DNA from: Hemiscyllium ocellatum
Lineage: Eukaryota
Direction of reading: 5' to 3'
DNA length: 64,000 bases
NCBI RefSeq assembly: GCF_020745735.1
Contig: NC_083437.1
Span: 11,098,001 to 11,162,000 of the forward strand
Positions 40,233 through 52,166 of the stretch are shown here, piece after piece; within the stretch, counting starts at the first letter, position 1, and every line of letters begins with the position of its first letter. Both the position numbers and the translations under genes were made by a program. A model generated the notes under the pieces. The model was not told where the DNA came from, did no database searches, and was given only the letters and a program-made list of their open reading frames with translations.

Positions 40233-40464
40233 TCAAAAATTGTTGTTCAAAAATAAATGGAAGTGAAGAGAAAGTCGAGTTACAGGCAGAAAGTATGTTT
40301 TAGATACCGTGTGAAAGTTAAAATCGAAATGATGTAGCTAAAGCAGGAGGGGTAGAAAAGGAAATGTGAATATAAAACATTTGAGGTGAAGGACTGTTAA
40401 AGGAATGTGGCCCAATCAAATGCTCTGGCACAAACATGAACCTTAAGGAAGAAAAACAATAATG

Positions 40465-41200
40465 AACTGCAGATGCTGGAAATCAGAAACAAAACCAGAG
40501 ATTGCTGGAAAATCTCAGCAGGTCTGGCACCATCTGTGTTTATACGCTTCCGAGAGAACATCAGCATGGTGAGGCAGGAACCCTGGGAGCAGGAAGAACA
40601 AGCCTCAAGTTCAGAGTTACCAGCTGTTCCCGGGCAGTATCAACTTCTTTATCACCCTGCATTTCCAAAGCTGATTTTCAATTTAGTGCATGGGCAGAAG
40701 CATTTAGGATCTGTAAATTTACTCAGCAAATTGGAGGGGAAGACAGGTCTTATAGAATTGCATGCACTTATTTTGTATTTCAGTGATAATGGACCAAGTT
40801 TCATAGTAAACAACATCGCTCTATTAGTGTAAAATGAGCCCCACTAAGTTACCAAGTAAATCAGACACACATGAAAATGACACTTACAGTGGCTCCAGGT
40901 GGGATGCTGTCCAGTGAGCCAAATGCTTATTTCTGCACTGCTGAGAGAAAGGCGAGTTAATGTTTTCAGTTCAATGAACCTTCTTCAGAACTGATGTTAG
41001 CTAGGAAAAGGTTGGTATGTATGCTGAAGAAGGAGTGAAGGAGAGGGGGGCAGTAAATATAGGTGGAGATGGAACCCAGAAAGAGAGAAAAACAGATGAG
41101 CGACAAAGGCATGGGTAAAGATCAGCCTGGGAAAATGAATAATGGGATCATTAGTGGCTGACAATGGGTTGTTTGTGGTAACAGCCTGTGTAATGACAGG
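40465..41200 (-). mobile_element. Penelope family C 3' end split by a ~400 bp unrelated insert
   Basis: ctgcagatgctggaaatc..ggtctggcaccatctgtg (40465-40538) resumes as gagagaaa..gagttaatgtt..cttcttcagaact (~40944-41200). Confidence 0.6.
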
Positions 41201-41500
41201 GCCTGATATGATATATCCACATTACTGCAGTGCCTTATCCCTATTACCACTCTCTAAATCTTCCTTCACTCTCCATGATGCCTTCAAATTCATCCTAAAG
41301 TATGGTGCTCGTATTGGACACAATCTTTCAGTTGAGGCCAAGCCAGCATTTCAATACTTTTGGAAATAGTGTCCCCAAAATTTAAAATCCCTTCTGCTTT
41401 GTTATGGCCCTTTTTAAATCTTACAACTCTCACTGACACGTGCACCCTCCCCTCTCTCTTCGCCTGCTCTTCAATTTCATGTAATACTAAACCAGTTTAG

Positions 41501-41671
41501 ACATCAAACGCAAAGTGCAGTACTTGGCAAAAGCAAAGGCTGGACAGTTGATGAGATAGAAAACAGAAAAAAACTAAAAGAGAAACCTGCAAAAATGCAA
41601 AAGAAGAAAGAACAGACCATGAGAACTAGAAAACCTCGTTGGATTTTTTTAAGTAACCTTTGGATCTTGAG
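41501..41671 (+). other. Candidate exon (171 nt)
   Basis: tttag acceptor, GAG|GTGAGA donor, symmetric phase-2 open frame HQTQSAVLGKSKGWTVDEIENRKKLKEKPAKMQKKKEQTMRTRKPRWIFLSNLWIL. Confidence 0.35.
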
Positions 41672-41969
41672 GTGAGATTCTCGCTAGGCAACAGTGGGTT
41701 GACTACTAAAGGGTTAATCACTTGTTATCGATCTTATTAACTTCATATCTCAGCTCATTAATATGCAGCTTTCTACTGTCCCACCCACAGTGTGCAAACA
41801 AAATGTTCAACACAGAACTCAGAGCAACTTCAGCACCATGCTCACTCCACACAGCCCTTGGTCGGTGTTGTTTCCTAGTGTCCGTTCTTGCTTGGAAGAT
41901 GTTAAAGTGTGGCACAGAAAGTCACGAGGACTCAGAGAAAGAAATGCTCCATTGAATTTGGTGATAATG

Positions 41970-42450
41970 GAAACAGAGAAGTGCTGACCAAACCGAACAA
42001 GTCTGGAGCATCACTAGAAGGAGAATCAGAGTGTAGACATCAAACACAAAGTGCTGTACTTGGCAAAAGGAAAGCCTGGACAGTTGATGAGATAGAGATT
42101 GCTGCAGTAAGTCAGCAGGTCTGGCAGCATCTGCGGAGAGAGAAAGCAGAGTTAACATTTTAAGTCCAGTATGACTCTTCTTCAGAACTGTAGTTGACAT
42201 CGATTCCAGTTTGGATCTTGTTTGGAATTGGAGTTAACTCTGTTTCTCTCGCTCCTTCTGTTTTTTTTTCATTTCAGATTTCCAGCATCTATGCTCTTGT
42301 ATGAAACTTAACAAAGATGACACTGAGGCAGAAGTGGGTACTACAGGTGCTGAAGATTAAAGTCAAGGTTAGAGTGGGGCTGGAAAAGCACAGCAGGCCA
42401 GGCAGCGTCCGAGGAGCAGGAAATTAGATGTTTTGGGCAAAAGCCTGATT
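41970..42450. mobile_element. Cluster of Penelope terminal fragments
   Basis: cagcaggtctggcagcatctg..gagttaac inverted with gagttaactctgtttctctc..ccagcatct; a family A arm at 42327-42445. Confidence 0.7.
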
Positions 42451-42959
42451 AAGGGTAAGGAATGGCTCAATATTCCTGTGTAATTGATGGATATATCATA
42501 ACACTGTTCTTTCACTGCTGTTATGTTAAAATATTGGAATTCACTATCGAACTGTGATGTCTCTGCCCCCCACTGGGACTGCAGTGGTTCCAGGAAATGG
42601 CTCACCACTATCTTCCTACGGGCAATAAGAAATGGGTGACAAAACTGACTCAACTATTGACACCCACACCCCCTGAACTAAAAAAAACAGAAAATACTGA
42701 AAAAAACCTCCACAAAACAGGGCTTCCCAATGGTAAATTGCATAAGACTAACGAGACATTGGTCATTCAATGTTTCTGACTGCTTGTCATCATTGTCCAT
42801 GTGATTCTGTGATCCCAGCAACACACGGAATCAAAGGAAGAAAAGTAATCCATTAGCCCCTTGAACTTATTCTGCCATTCATTTGCATTGCAGCAGATCT
42901 GTATTTTGATTACCATTCCTCATTATTAACTGCCCGTCTCCCACACATCTCCATTTGTA

Positions 42960-43053
42960 TCAAAACAGAAATTGCTGGAAAAGCTCAGCAGGTCTTGCAG
43001 CAACTGTGGAGAGAAATCAGAGTTAATATTTCGGGTCTAGTGTCCCTTCCTCA
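42960..43053 (-). mobile_element. Penelope family C terminus
   Basis: Homologous to 63848-63940. Confidence 0.75.
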
Positions 43054-43230
43054 TCTTCATTTGTAGTCCTGTAACTGTAGTTTCTTTAAGTTTCAAATTG
43101 CTTTTCAAAACAGTGGTTCTCAATGTTAGATGACTGCTCTGAATTCATTTCACACAGCCCTTGTTCTGTGATATACCCTAGTATCAGATCATCCCTTGGA
43201 AGTTATTAAAGTTATATTCCTCTGCTATAG

Positions 43231-43312
43231 TTCTGAAGCATCAAAAACAGTGATTTTGTATAAAGTGGATCTCCACTGACTCTTATAATAGCAAGGAGAA
43301 CCAACCCCCCTG
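43231..43312 (+). pseudogene. Disrupted original copy of an exon-like segment
   Basis: ~87% identical to 47267-47347; extra A, in-frame TGA, weaker GTGGGA donor. Confidence 0.4.
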
Positions 43313-43611
43313 GTGGGAAATGAAAATTGACAGCTATCTGGGAGTTATGAATGACCTCACAACATTCTAAGAGCTGCCATAAAACAGATTAATTAAACTT
43401 TGTAGAGAAACACTCAAAGCTAGGTTTGATGAAAATTCTGGTGGATACTCACAAAAATCTATGACTTGCTTATGATTTGTGAGAAGTTTTACTATATTTA
43501 GTATTATGAGTTCCTTTAACAGACTCTAAGGATTGGCTAGCTGTAATTATGTACTTTCATAGACACTGTGTTGGATAGTCTTACAACACATAAACTCTGA
43601 GAAGCATTGAA

Positions 43612-43905
43612 GCCATACAGTGTGGAAGAAGGTCATTCAGCCCACACTGACCCTCTGAAGAGCACCCCACCAGACTCAACTCCCTCCCTATAACTCTGCA
43701 TTTCCCCATGGTTAACGCACCATAGCATGGCCAACCCATCTAACCTGCATATCTTTGGATGTTGAGATGAAACTGGAGCACGTGGAGGAAATCTGCACAG
43801 ACATGGGGAGAACGTGCAACTCCACAGAGACAGTGGAGGCTGGAATCAAACTTGGGTCCGGTGCTGTGAGGCAGCAGTGCTAACCATGGAGAATCCATGC
43901 TGCCC
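43612..43905 (-). mobile_element. HE1 SINE
   Basis: V-domain and head. Confidence 0.9.
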
Positions 43906-44447
43906 TGCACCTGTAAAATGTTGAATTGTCTGTGAAGTTTCAGTAATATTAGTATTCAAATTAATATGGAGCTTCCCTCCTAGTTATTTGAATGGGTATA
44001 GATATTTCCTAATTTACCAACTCAGGGATGTTATTACACACTTCCAGGGCAAGTTGGACATGAACTCAAACCTCTTGGCTCAAAGATAATATCACTACCA
44101 CTGTATGACAAGTGTCCTTATGCCAGATGGGTATGTAATAAACTATCTTACAGGCTCTGATGAGAACTCTGGAGAAAGTCGATTATCTTGAGGATGTGTT
44201 CTCATTGATGTTATGTAATGCTCTTTTCACATTCTGATTTTTAAAAAAATTATGCATTCTACTTGCATTTTTTAGTCTTAAGTTAGTTATAATGGTGAAA
44301 GGCAAGTTGCAGGCAAAGATTTCAAGTGACACAACTTTATCAATAAGTTGCTATTAGTTCGCACTCAGTTCAGGTCAGTTCAGCTCTTGCCTCTAGGTTT
44401 GAACATTGTAGATTGACATGGTAGTAAAAACTCAAGATTACATTTGT

Positions 44448-44744
44448 GGGCAGCATGGTGGCTCAGTGGTTAACACTGCAGCCTCACAGCACCAGGGACC
44501 CGAGTTCGATCCCAGGCGCGTTCAACTGACTGTGTGGAGTTTGCACATTCTCCCTGTGTCTGCCCGGGTTTTCTCCGGGTGCTCCCGTTTCCTCCCACAG
44601 TCCAAAGATGTGCATGTCAGGTGAACTGGCCATGCTAAATTGCCGGTAGTGATAGGTGCATTAGTCAGAGGTTACTCTTTGGAGGGTCGGTGTGCACTTG
44701 TTGGGCCAAAGGGCCTGTTTCCACACTGTAGGGAATCTAATCTA
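44448..44744 (+). mobile_element. HE1 SINE
   Basis: Full length with aatctaatct tail. Confidence 0.95.
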
Positions 44745-44756
44745 GTGCTGGGAAAG

Positions 44757-47157
44757 GAGAAAGTGAGGACTGCAGATGCTGGAGAGGGGTGGACAGGTTG
44801 AGACGGTTAATGTCGCGGCGGCAGTTGGCTATGAAGAGATCGAGGGCGGGTTAATCGGTCCCGGATTAACGAGTTCAACACGCGGCGAGACATCGAACAA
44901 TTCTTCCGCCGCCTTCGCCTCTGTGCCTACTTCTTGAACCAGGATTCTCGCCTACCCTCTGACGACCCCTTCTCCCATTTCCAACACACCCCATCCACCT
45001 GTCCACCCCTCTTACCCACTCCAACCTCTCACCCTCACAACGTGCAGCCCTCCACTCCCTTCGCTCCAACCCCAACCTCACTATCAAACCGGCAGACAAG
45101 GGAGGCATGGTGGTAGTTTGGCACACCAATCTTTACATTGCTGAGATGAAACGCCAGCTCGCAGACATCTCCTCCTACTGCCCCCTTGACCATGACCCCA
45201 CCTCCCACCACCAAACCATCATCTCACAGACCATCCATAACCTCATCACCTCAGGGGCTCTCCCATCCACTGCCTTCAACCTCATAGTCCCACAACCCCG
45301 CACCGCCCGTTTCTACCTCCTGCCCAAAATCCACAAACTTGACTGCCCCAGCCAACCCATTGTCTCAGCCTGCTCCTGCCCCACCGAACTCATCTCTGCA
45401 TATTTCGACACAGTCCTGTCCCCCTTAGTCCAAGAACTCCCCACCTATGTTCGGGACATCACCCACGCCCTCCACCTCCTCCATGATTTTCGCTTCCCCG
45501 GCCCCCAACGCTTTATCTTCACCATGGACATCCAGTGCCTGTACACCTCCATCCCCCATCATGAAGGCCTCAAAGCCCTCCGCTTCTTCCTTTCCCGCTG
45601 ACCCAACCAGTACCCTTCCACTGACACCCTCCTTCGACTGACTGAGCTGGTCCTCACTCTGAACAACTTCGCTTTCCAATCCTCCCACTTCCTCCAAACC
45701 AAAGGAGAAGCCATGGGCACCCGCATGGACCCCAGCTATGCCTGCCTCTTCGTCGGATATGTGGGACAGTCCATCTTCCGAAGCTACACTGGCACCACCA
45801 CCCACCTTTTCCTCCGCTACATCGATGACTGTATTGGCGCTACCTCGTGCTCCCACGAGGAGGTTGAACAGTTCATCAACTTTACTAACACCTTCCACCC
45901 CGACCTGAAATTCACCTGGACCATCTCAGACTCCTCCCTCCCCTTCCTAGACCTCTCCATTTCTACCTCGGGCAACCGACTCAACACGGACATTTATTAT
46001 AAACCGACCGACTGCCACAGCTACCTAGATTACACCTCCTCCCACCCTGCCCCCTGTAAAAATGCCATCCCATATTCCCAATTCCTTCGCCTCCGCTGCA
46101 TCTGCACCCAGCAGGACCAATTTTGATACCGAACAATCCAGTTGGCCTCCTTCTTAAAGATCGCAATTTCCCCCCAGACATGGTCAACGATGCTCTCCAT
46201 CATATCTCCTACACTTCCCGCTCCTCCATCCTTGAGCCCCGCCCCTCCAATCGCCACCAGGACAGAACCCCACTGGTCCTCATCTACCACCCCACCAACC
46301 TCCACCTACATCGTATCATCCGTCGTCATTTCCGCCACCTCCAAACAGACCCCACCACCAGAGATATATTTCCCTCCCCTCCCCTATCAGCGTTCCGGAA
46401 AGACCACTCCCTCCGTGACTTCCTCGTCAGGTCCACACCTCCCACCAACCCAACCTCCACTCCCGGCACCTTCCCCTGCAACCGCAAGAAATGCAAAACT
46501 TGCGCCCACACCTCCCCCCTTACTTCCCTCCAAGGCCCCAATGGATCCTCCCATACCCATCAGAAATTCACCTGCACCTCCACACACATCATCTATTGCA
46601 TCCGCTGCCCCCGATGTGGCCTCCTCTACATTGGGGAGACAGGCCGTCTACTTGCGGAACGTTTCAGAGAACGCCTCTGGGACCCGCACCAACCAACCCA
46701 ACTGCCCCGTGGCTGAACACTTTAACTCCCCCTCCCACTCCACCAAGGACATGCAGGTCCTTGGCCTCCTCCATCGCCAGACCATAACAACACGACACCT
46801 GGAGGAAGAGCGCCTCATCTTCCGCCTCGGATACCTCCAACCACAAGGGATGAATGCAGATTTCTCCAGCTTCCTCATTTCCCCTCCCCCCCACCTTATC
46901 TCAGTCCCAACCCTCGGACTCAGCACCGCCTTCTTGACCTGCAATCTTCTTCCCGACCTCTCCGCCCCCACCCCCTCTCCGGCCTATCACCCTCACCGTA
47001 ACCTCCTTCCACCTATCGCATTTCCAACTCCCTTCCCCCAAGTCCCTCCTCCCTACCTTTTATCTTAGCCTGCTTGGCAAACCTTCCTCATTCCTGAAGA
47101 AGGGCTTATGCCCGAAATGTCGATTCTCCTGCTCCTTGGATGCTGCCTGACCTGCTC
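44757..47157 (+). mobile_element. Near full-length Penelope-like retroelement (RT + GIY-YIG), frameshifted
   Basis: IKPADKGG, FYLLPKIHK, MDIQCLYTSIP, AMGTRM, RYIDD, FLDL, CKKCKTC-like and IYCIRCPRCGLLYIGETGR motifs; hammerhead core 47094-47121; TSD gtgctgg(g/a)aaag at 44745-44756 and 47160-47171. Confidence 0.95.
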
Positions 47158-47266
47158 TGGTGCTGGAAAAGCACAGCAGGCCAGGCAGCATCTGAGGAGC
47201 AGGTAAATCGACATTTCGGCAAAAGCCCTTCATCAGGAATGTTAAAATCATATTTCTCTGCTGTAG

Positions 47267-47347
47267 TTCAGAAACATCAAAACAGTTATTTTGTATGAAG
47301 TGGAACTCCACTGACGCTTATAATAGCAAGGAGGACCAACCTCTCTG
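47267..47347 (+). other. Candidate 81-nt exon captured in the PLE hairpin loop
   Basis: tatttctctgctgtag acceptor, CTG|GTGAGG donor, open phase-2 frame SETSKQLFCMKWNSTDAYNSKEDQPL. Confidence 0.4.
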
Positions 47348-47517
47348 GTGAGGGTTTCATTTCTGATGAAGGGCTTTTGCCTGAAACATCATTTTTCCTG
47401 CTCCTCGGATGCTGCCTGACCTGCTGTGCCTTTCCAGCACCACTCTAATCTTGACTCTAATCTCCAGCATCTGCAGGACCCACTTCTGCCATGGTAGTAA
47501 AGACTGACCATTCCATA

Positions 47518-47720
47518 CAATACTGAGGTACTAATGTATCTTTTTAAATAAGATGTTAATGCAAGGCCCTGTTTGTTGATTCAAGTGAACTTAATGGCAC
47601 TACGGAAAATGGGGCAGAGTCATTCCCCTCAATCAGTGACAGAAAACTAGATGATTAATCAGTCACTTGCAGTATGTGGGGTCCTGCTATGTACAGTACA
47701 GACCAAGAAAATATTTGGTG
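47518..47720 (+). mobile_element. Deu-domain SINE, decayed
   Basis: aagatgttaatgcaaggccctgtttg..atggcacta..cccctcaatcag. Confidence 0.55.
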
Positions 47721-47967
47721 ATTCAAAACAGAGTCTGATTAACAAAGTTTGTGGCTCCAAGTACCAAGAACATCTCTTTCTGCTTTCCAGTTCAGTGGGC
47801 CCATCTAATTGTACAAGGACCCTGCCGAGGCTGGATGTTTACTCAGATCCTCAGCATGAACCCAGCACCCTGTGTGTCATTAAACACAGAATGCTGGAAA
47901 AACTCAGCAACTCGTTGGAAGATTCATTCCAGACCCAAATGTTTCTCTATCCACAGCTGCTGGCTTA

Positions 47968-48260
47968 TTGCTACCTCACGACGCCAGGGACCTGGGTTCG
48001 ATTCCAACCCTGAGTGACTGTCTGTGTGGAGCTTGCACATTCTCCCTGTGTCTGCGTGGGTTTCCTCCTACAGTCCAAAGATGTGCAGGTCAGGTGATTT
48101 GGCCATGCTAAATTGCCCATAGTGTTCAGAGATGCGTAGGTGCATTAGTCAGGGATAAGTATAGAGTAATGGGGAATGGGCTTGGGTGGAATAGTCTTTG
48201 GAGGGTTGGTGTGGAGTTGTTGGGCTGAAGGGCCTGTTTCCACACTGTAGGGATTCTAAG
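47968..48260 (+). mobile_element. HE1 SINE within PLE family C arms
   Basis: HE1 consensus; flanked by acacagaatgctggaaaaactcagc and its inverse at 48261-48320. Confidence 0.9.
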
Positions 48261-48601
48261 ATGTTGCCAGACCTAATGAGTTTCTTCAGCAATCTCTGTG
48301 TTTCCTTCAGATTTCCAGTATTTTCCCTCTATTAGCCTATGTATTAATCTTCATTCGAAGTAAGGCTGGGTACAGATCTTTAATATTTCATTTTATCGTG
48401 ATGTAAATATATAAAACAGAAGTTTAAGATCAAACTCAATTCAATCTATCTAATTTATCTTGGTGTAATGAAAAGCACAGCTGTGACCCACTGTCATCGA
48501 GTTGGACAAGATGCCTTTCTAAGTCCCACATCTAAAGTCTTTAGGGTTATGATTCTTTTTACCCTTGGGATTATTGAGAACTTATGCACCAATTCAATTG
48601 A

Positions 48602-48828
48602 CAGACAGTCCCTGAGTTACAAATGGGTTCCTTTCCTGAGCACATTCATAAACTGATTTGTATGCAAGTCAGCACACAACCCTCTCCAATATAAATGAGC
48701 CATTCATAATATAAGCAAACACTCGCATGTCAGATCTTTAAAATTAATATTAATACACTCCTGTATAGGAACTTGTTTATAATTATGAGGATTCGTAAGT
48801 CAGACGTTCATGAATTGGGAACTGCCTG
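48602..48828. mobile_element. Tigger/pogo-like MITE
   Basis: Imperfect TIRs cagacagtccctgagttac / gaattgggaactgcctg, 3' TA. Confidence 0.6.
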
Positions 48829-49092
48829 TATAAGGTTTTATTGTATTTACAAGACAATTAGGAAGGCTACACAAGTTAGCATTAGTTGTAGAAGCTCTAC
48901 AAATTAGTGAGGATCACCTGTGGCTGTTTGGAGTTCTGAGCCATCTCCTCCACCCCTTGACTTCTCTTCAACGTAGCCTTTATACATTTTTCCAAAGGCA
49001 GACAATATGTGACCACGTTGTCCAGTAAAGGTCTGTTTGGAAATAAATTACTCAATGCAGCTCAAATTCTTTCTTTGAACCATTAAGTCAAA

Positions 49093-49298
49093 GGGGGAAA
49101 GTGAGGACTGCAGATGCTGGAGATCAGAGTCGAGAGTGTGGTGCTGGAAAAACACAGCAAGTCAGACAGCATCCGAGGAGCAGGAGAATTGACATTTCAG
49201 GTATAAACCTTTCATCAGGATAAAGGGCCAAGACATTTAATCCTCTGCTCCTCGGATGCTGTCTGACCTGCTGTGTTTTTCCAGCACCACACTCTTGG
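49093..49298. mobile_element. Penelope-like fold-back element
   Basis: gagagtgtggtgctggaaaaacacagca..tgctgtgtttttccagcaccacactc inverted arms. Confidence 0.85.
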
Positions 49299-49479
49299 TT
49301 AAAGCCCTCCCTAGCAATGTCTGCTACAATTAAGAGAATGTCCACACATATTGACTGAGGTTTAGACAGCTGAAGCTTTTGCATTCCCATTCTCATCCAG
49401 GCTGTTTCCCACAACTCTTTTGAAAGTTCTCATCTTTGGTTTGTAAACTAGCCTTCAGAATTTTCTCATTCATATTCCA

Positions 49480-49882
49480 GGTAACATTTGAGCAAGGCAA
49501 TGACCAACTCCAATGAGAGAGAACCTCTCACTTTGATATTCAATGACAGCTTCATGACTTCATGACTTTCATGACTGAAACCTGCACCATCAATATCCTG
49601 GGATTTACCATTGACCTCAAATGGAACTGGATTACTCACATAAATAACATTTATATAAGAGCAGGGCAGAGAAATCCTGTAATGAGCTCCTGACTCCCCA
49701 AAGCCCATCTATCATCCACAAGGCACAAGTCAGGAGAGTGGTAGAATACTCTCCACTTGCCTGGATGGGTGCAGCTCCAACAACAGTCAAGAAACTTGAC
49801 ACCATTCAGGACAAAGCAGCCCACTTGGTTGGCACGACATCTGCAAACATTCACTCCCTCCGCCATTGAACGCTCAGTAGCT
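49480..49882 (+). mobile_element. L2/CR1-like LINE fragment
   Basis: Same family as 15488-16380 (aagaaacttgacaccattcaggacaaagcagcc). Confidence 0.8.
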
Positions 49883-50364
49883 AATTAATGAACACTAATT
49901 AGTTAACCTTGCAATCCAGCAAGGGTAATGAAATGCAAATGTAAAATGCGGCTGTTTAATGTGTTTAACTCTCCTTAAGTGGACTTTGCTGTTTCTCATC
50001 ACAGTCTACCGGTTCTTCATTTGTGGAAAGGAAGCTTGCAGCTTTTTTTTAAATGAATTTCTTTACTTTGAACCTGTTTGGCCTTGCAAAGTATACTGGT
50101 TAAATTTGGTCAAATTTCAGTGAACAAAGTTTTAGAACTTTTGCTAATGTCATTTCAAACATCTTGACTTCTACAAAAGCCCTTATAGATTTTTTTATAA
50201 GCAACAGGACCGTGTCTAGGGGGTTCTGTGTTCAATCACCTCATTACTTAATTAATTGACTCTACGTTCTTTGTGTATTACATTTTAACCTCAGAAAGAG
50301 AGGGTACAACAGACCTTTTGCCAAATACCTGTGACCAGTGGTTCTCCAACACAAATTGTATTTC

Positions 50365-50582
50365 CTTTTGTTCAGGGGATACGGGTGTCACTGGCTAGGC
50401 CAGTATTCATTGTCCATCTCGAATTCACCATGAGAAATGGATGGTGAGCTGCCTTCTTGAACCACTGCAGTGTTGAGGCTGTGGGACACTTACAATGCAG
50501 TTAGAGAGCTAGTTCCAGGATGTTGGCCTAGCCACAGTGAAGAAATGGTGATATATTCAAGTTGGGATGGTGAGTGGTTTGG
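50365..50582 (-). mobile_element. L2/CR1-like LINE 3' tail
   Basis: ggtgagctgccttcttgaaccactgcag. Confidence 0.7.
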
Positions 50583-50869
50583 GCACATTAAAACACAAAA
50601 CAGATTTGTTAGCATTGTTTGAAAATCCCTATTTTAACTTGCTTGAATAACCTGTGCTTTAAAACATCATTATTAAACAACATCACTTAGCAAAGGGTCA
50701 ATGGCTTCCAATTGGTGACAAATGAACGATGGACAATGTCACCCCTGTTCATAATATCTCCTTCTGTGTTGCCAGTGTCAGAGGGGATGGATCTGGAAAT
50801 CATTCCCCAGGTGACTCCTATCATGAGGTGGACAAATGGCTGTAGAAGTGTCCCATCCCAGCGTGTCCC

Positions 50870-51000
50870 ATGCTGATGAAGAGCTTATGCTCGAAACGTT
50901 GACTCGACCTGATCCTCAGATGCTGCCTGACCGGCTGTGCTTTTCCAGTGCTGCATGTTTTGACTCTGATTTCCAGCATCTGCAGCCCTCATTTTCTCCT
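50870..51000 (+). mobile_element. Penelope terminus with intact hammerhead core
   Basis: CTGATGA-A-GAGC-TTAT-GCTC-GAAA-CGTT at 50873-50900. Confidence 0.8.
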
Positions 51001-51689
51001 AGTCCATCTCCATTCACCAGTTTTACCCCTAGATGACCCAAAACCTTGCAAGTTCCTTGCGCCATGGTGTCTGAACAGTAAGCAAACAGCATCACTCAGG
51101 GAACAAATATATTAACTGTACACACTGCTCACAGACTGAACGTGAGATTTGTTTTGACATCAGTTTTAATCTCAAGCATCCTGTGTTGCAAGGGAAGGAA
51201 ATATAAGCAAGAAAACTCAATTCCTGTTGAAGCTTTCCAGTCACATGTGCTTAAGATTCATTCTTTTCTAAGTGACCTGCTCTTCGCTGTACCTAATCTA
51301 TTCCCAGTCAGTGGGCCTGACCTCTGCCTCTTGTTCATTTGATTGTTGCTTTCACTGCTGACCTCACGATGCGCAGTCTCTCAGCTTTGCTCATTCAGTA
51401 TTCTAGTACTGAAAGCTATCCAAGTCATTTGACTGCAGGGAGTTGTTTGTTTGGTTAAATGCCACACAGATTGGGTTTTGCTTCAATCTATCTTTACAAA
51501 TGCTTCCCCTGTGACTCCCTGATTCATTTAAACTTGTTGTGTGGAGCACACTCGGGAAGTCTGTTGTCATCCATCGAGTAACCTAGCTGATCAGAGCTGT
51601 TGGCACTATTATCGCAATGCTGCTTGATTTGTCATTTCTGTTACAATGTTATTCTCCTCCATTAATCCAAGAGAATAAAGCATTTGCAA

Positions 51690-52060
51690 CTCTTGTCATC
51701 ACTCGACAACCAATGATATACTTTTAATTTGTGACAACTGTTGTAACAGAGGAAACACAGTGGCGGATTTCTGTACAGCAAGATCCCAAACACTGAAACG
51801 AGCATGAGAGCCTGCTGGATTAATGATGTTGGCTGAGGGGAAAAGCATGTCTCAGAAAACCAAAGGCAGCTCGCTATCCCTTTTATTAAATCAAGCAAGA
51901 GGTTTGTTTAACTCCCTGATGGGAAAGTAGACTCAACCGTGGTTCAACACCTTATCCACTAGACAGGACCTCCCTCAGTGCACACTCCCTCTGCCCTACA
52001 ACCAAGTATCAGTTTCAATTATGGGCTCAATTTTCTGGAACAGGATTCAAATTCTTCTGG
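51690..52060 (-). mobile_element. Deu-domain SINE
   Basis: cagcaagatcccaaac..tgttggctgagg..cactccctc..gggctcaa. Confidence 0.65.
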
Positions 52061-52166
52061 CACAACTAGTCTTCATCCATTTCACTCATACAGCTTTGCA
52101 AAACATATATTCATAATTTACAGTTGTTTACCAGTGATGTATTCACACAGCTAACTATTCCTATCT

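Larger units (their letters stand above)
44431..47490. mobile_element. Host PLE fold-back element of a nested cluster
   Basis: Left arm split into 44431-44440 and 47160-47240, right arm 47359-47490; TSD catggtagtaaa at 44417-44428 and 47490-47501. Confidence 0.75.

Noticed and set aside
46142-47068. 308-aa Pro/Ser/Thr-rich ORF, the longest in the track
   Set aside because: Mostly an alternative frame of the C-rich Penelope ORF; only its end joins the GIY-YIG C-terminus after a frameshift
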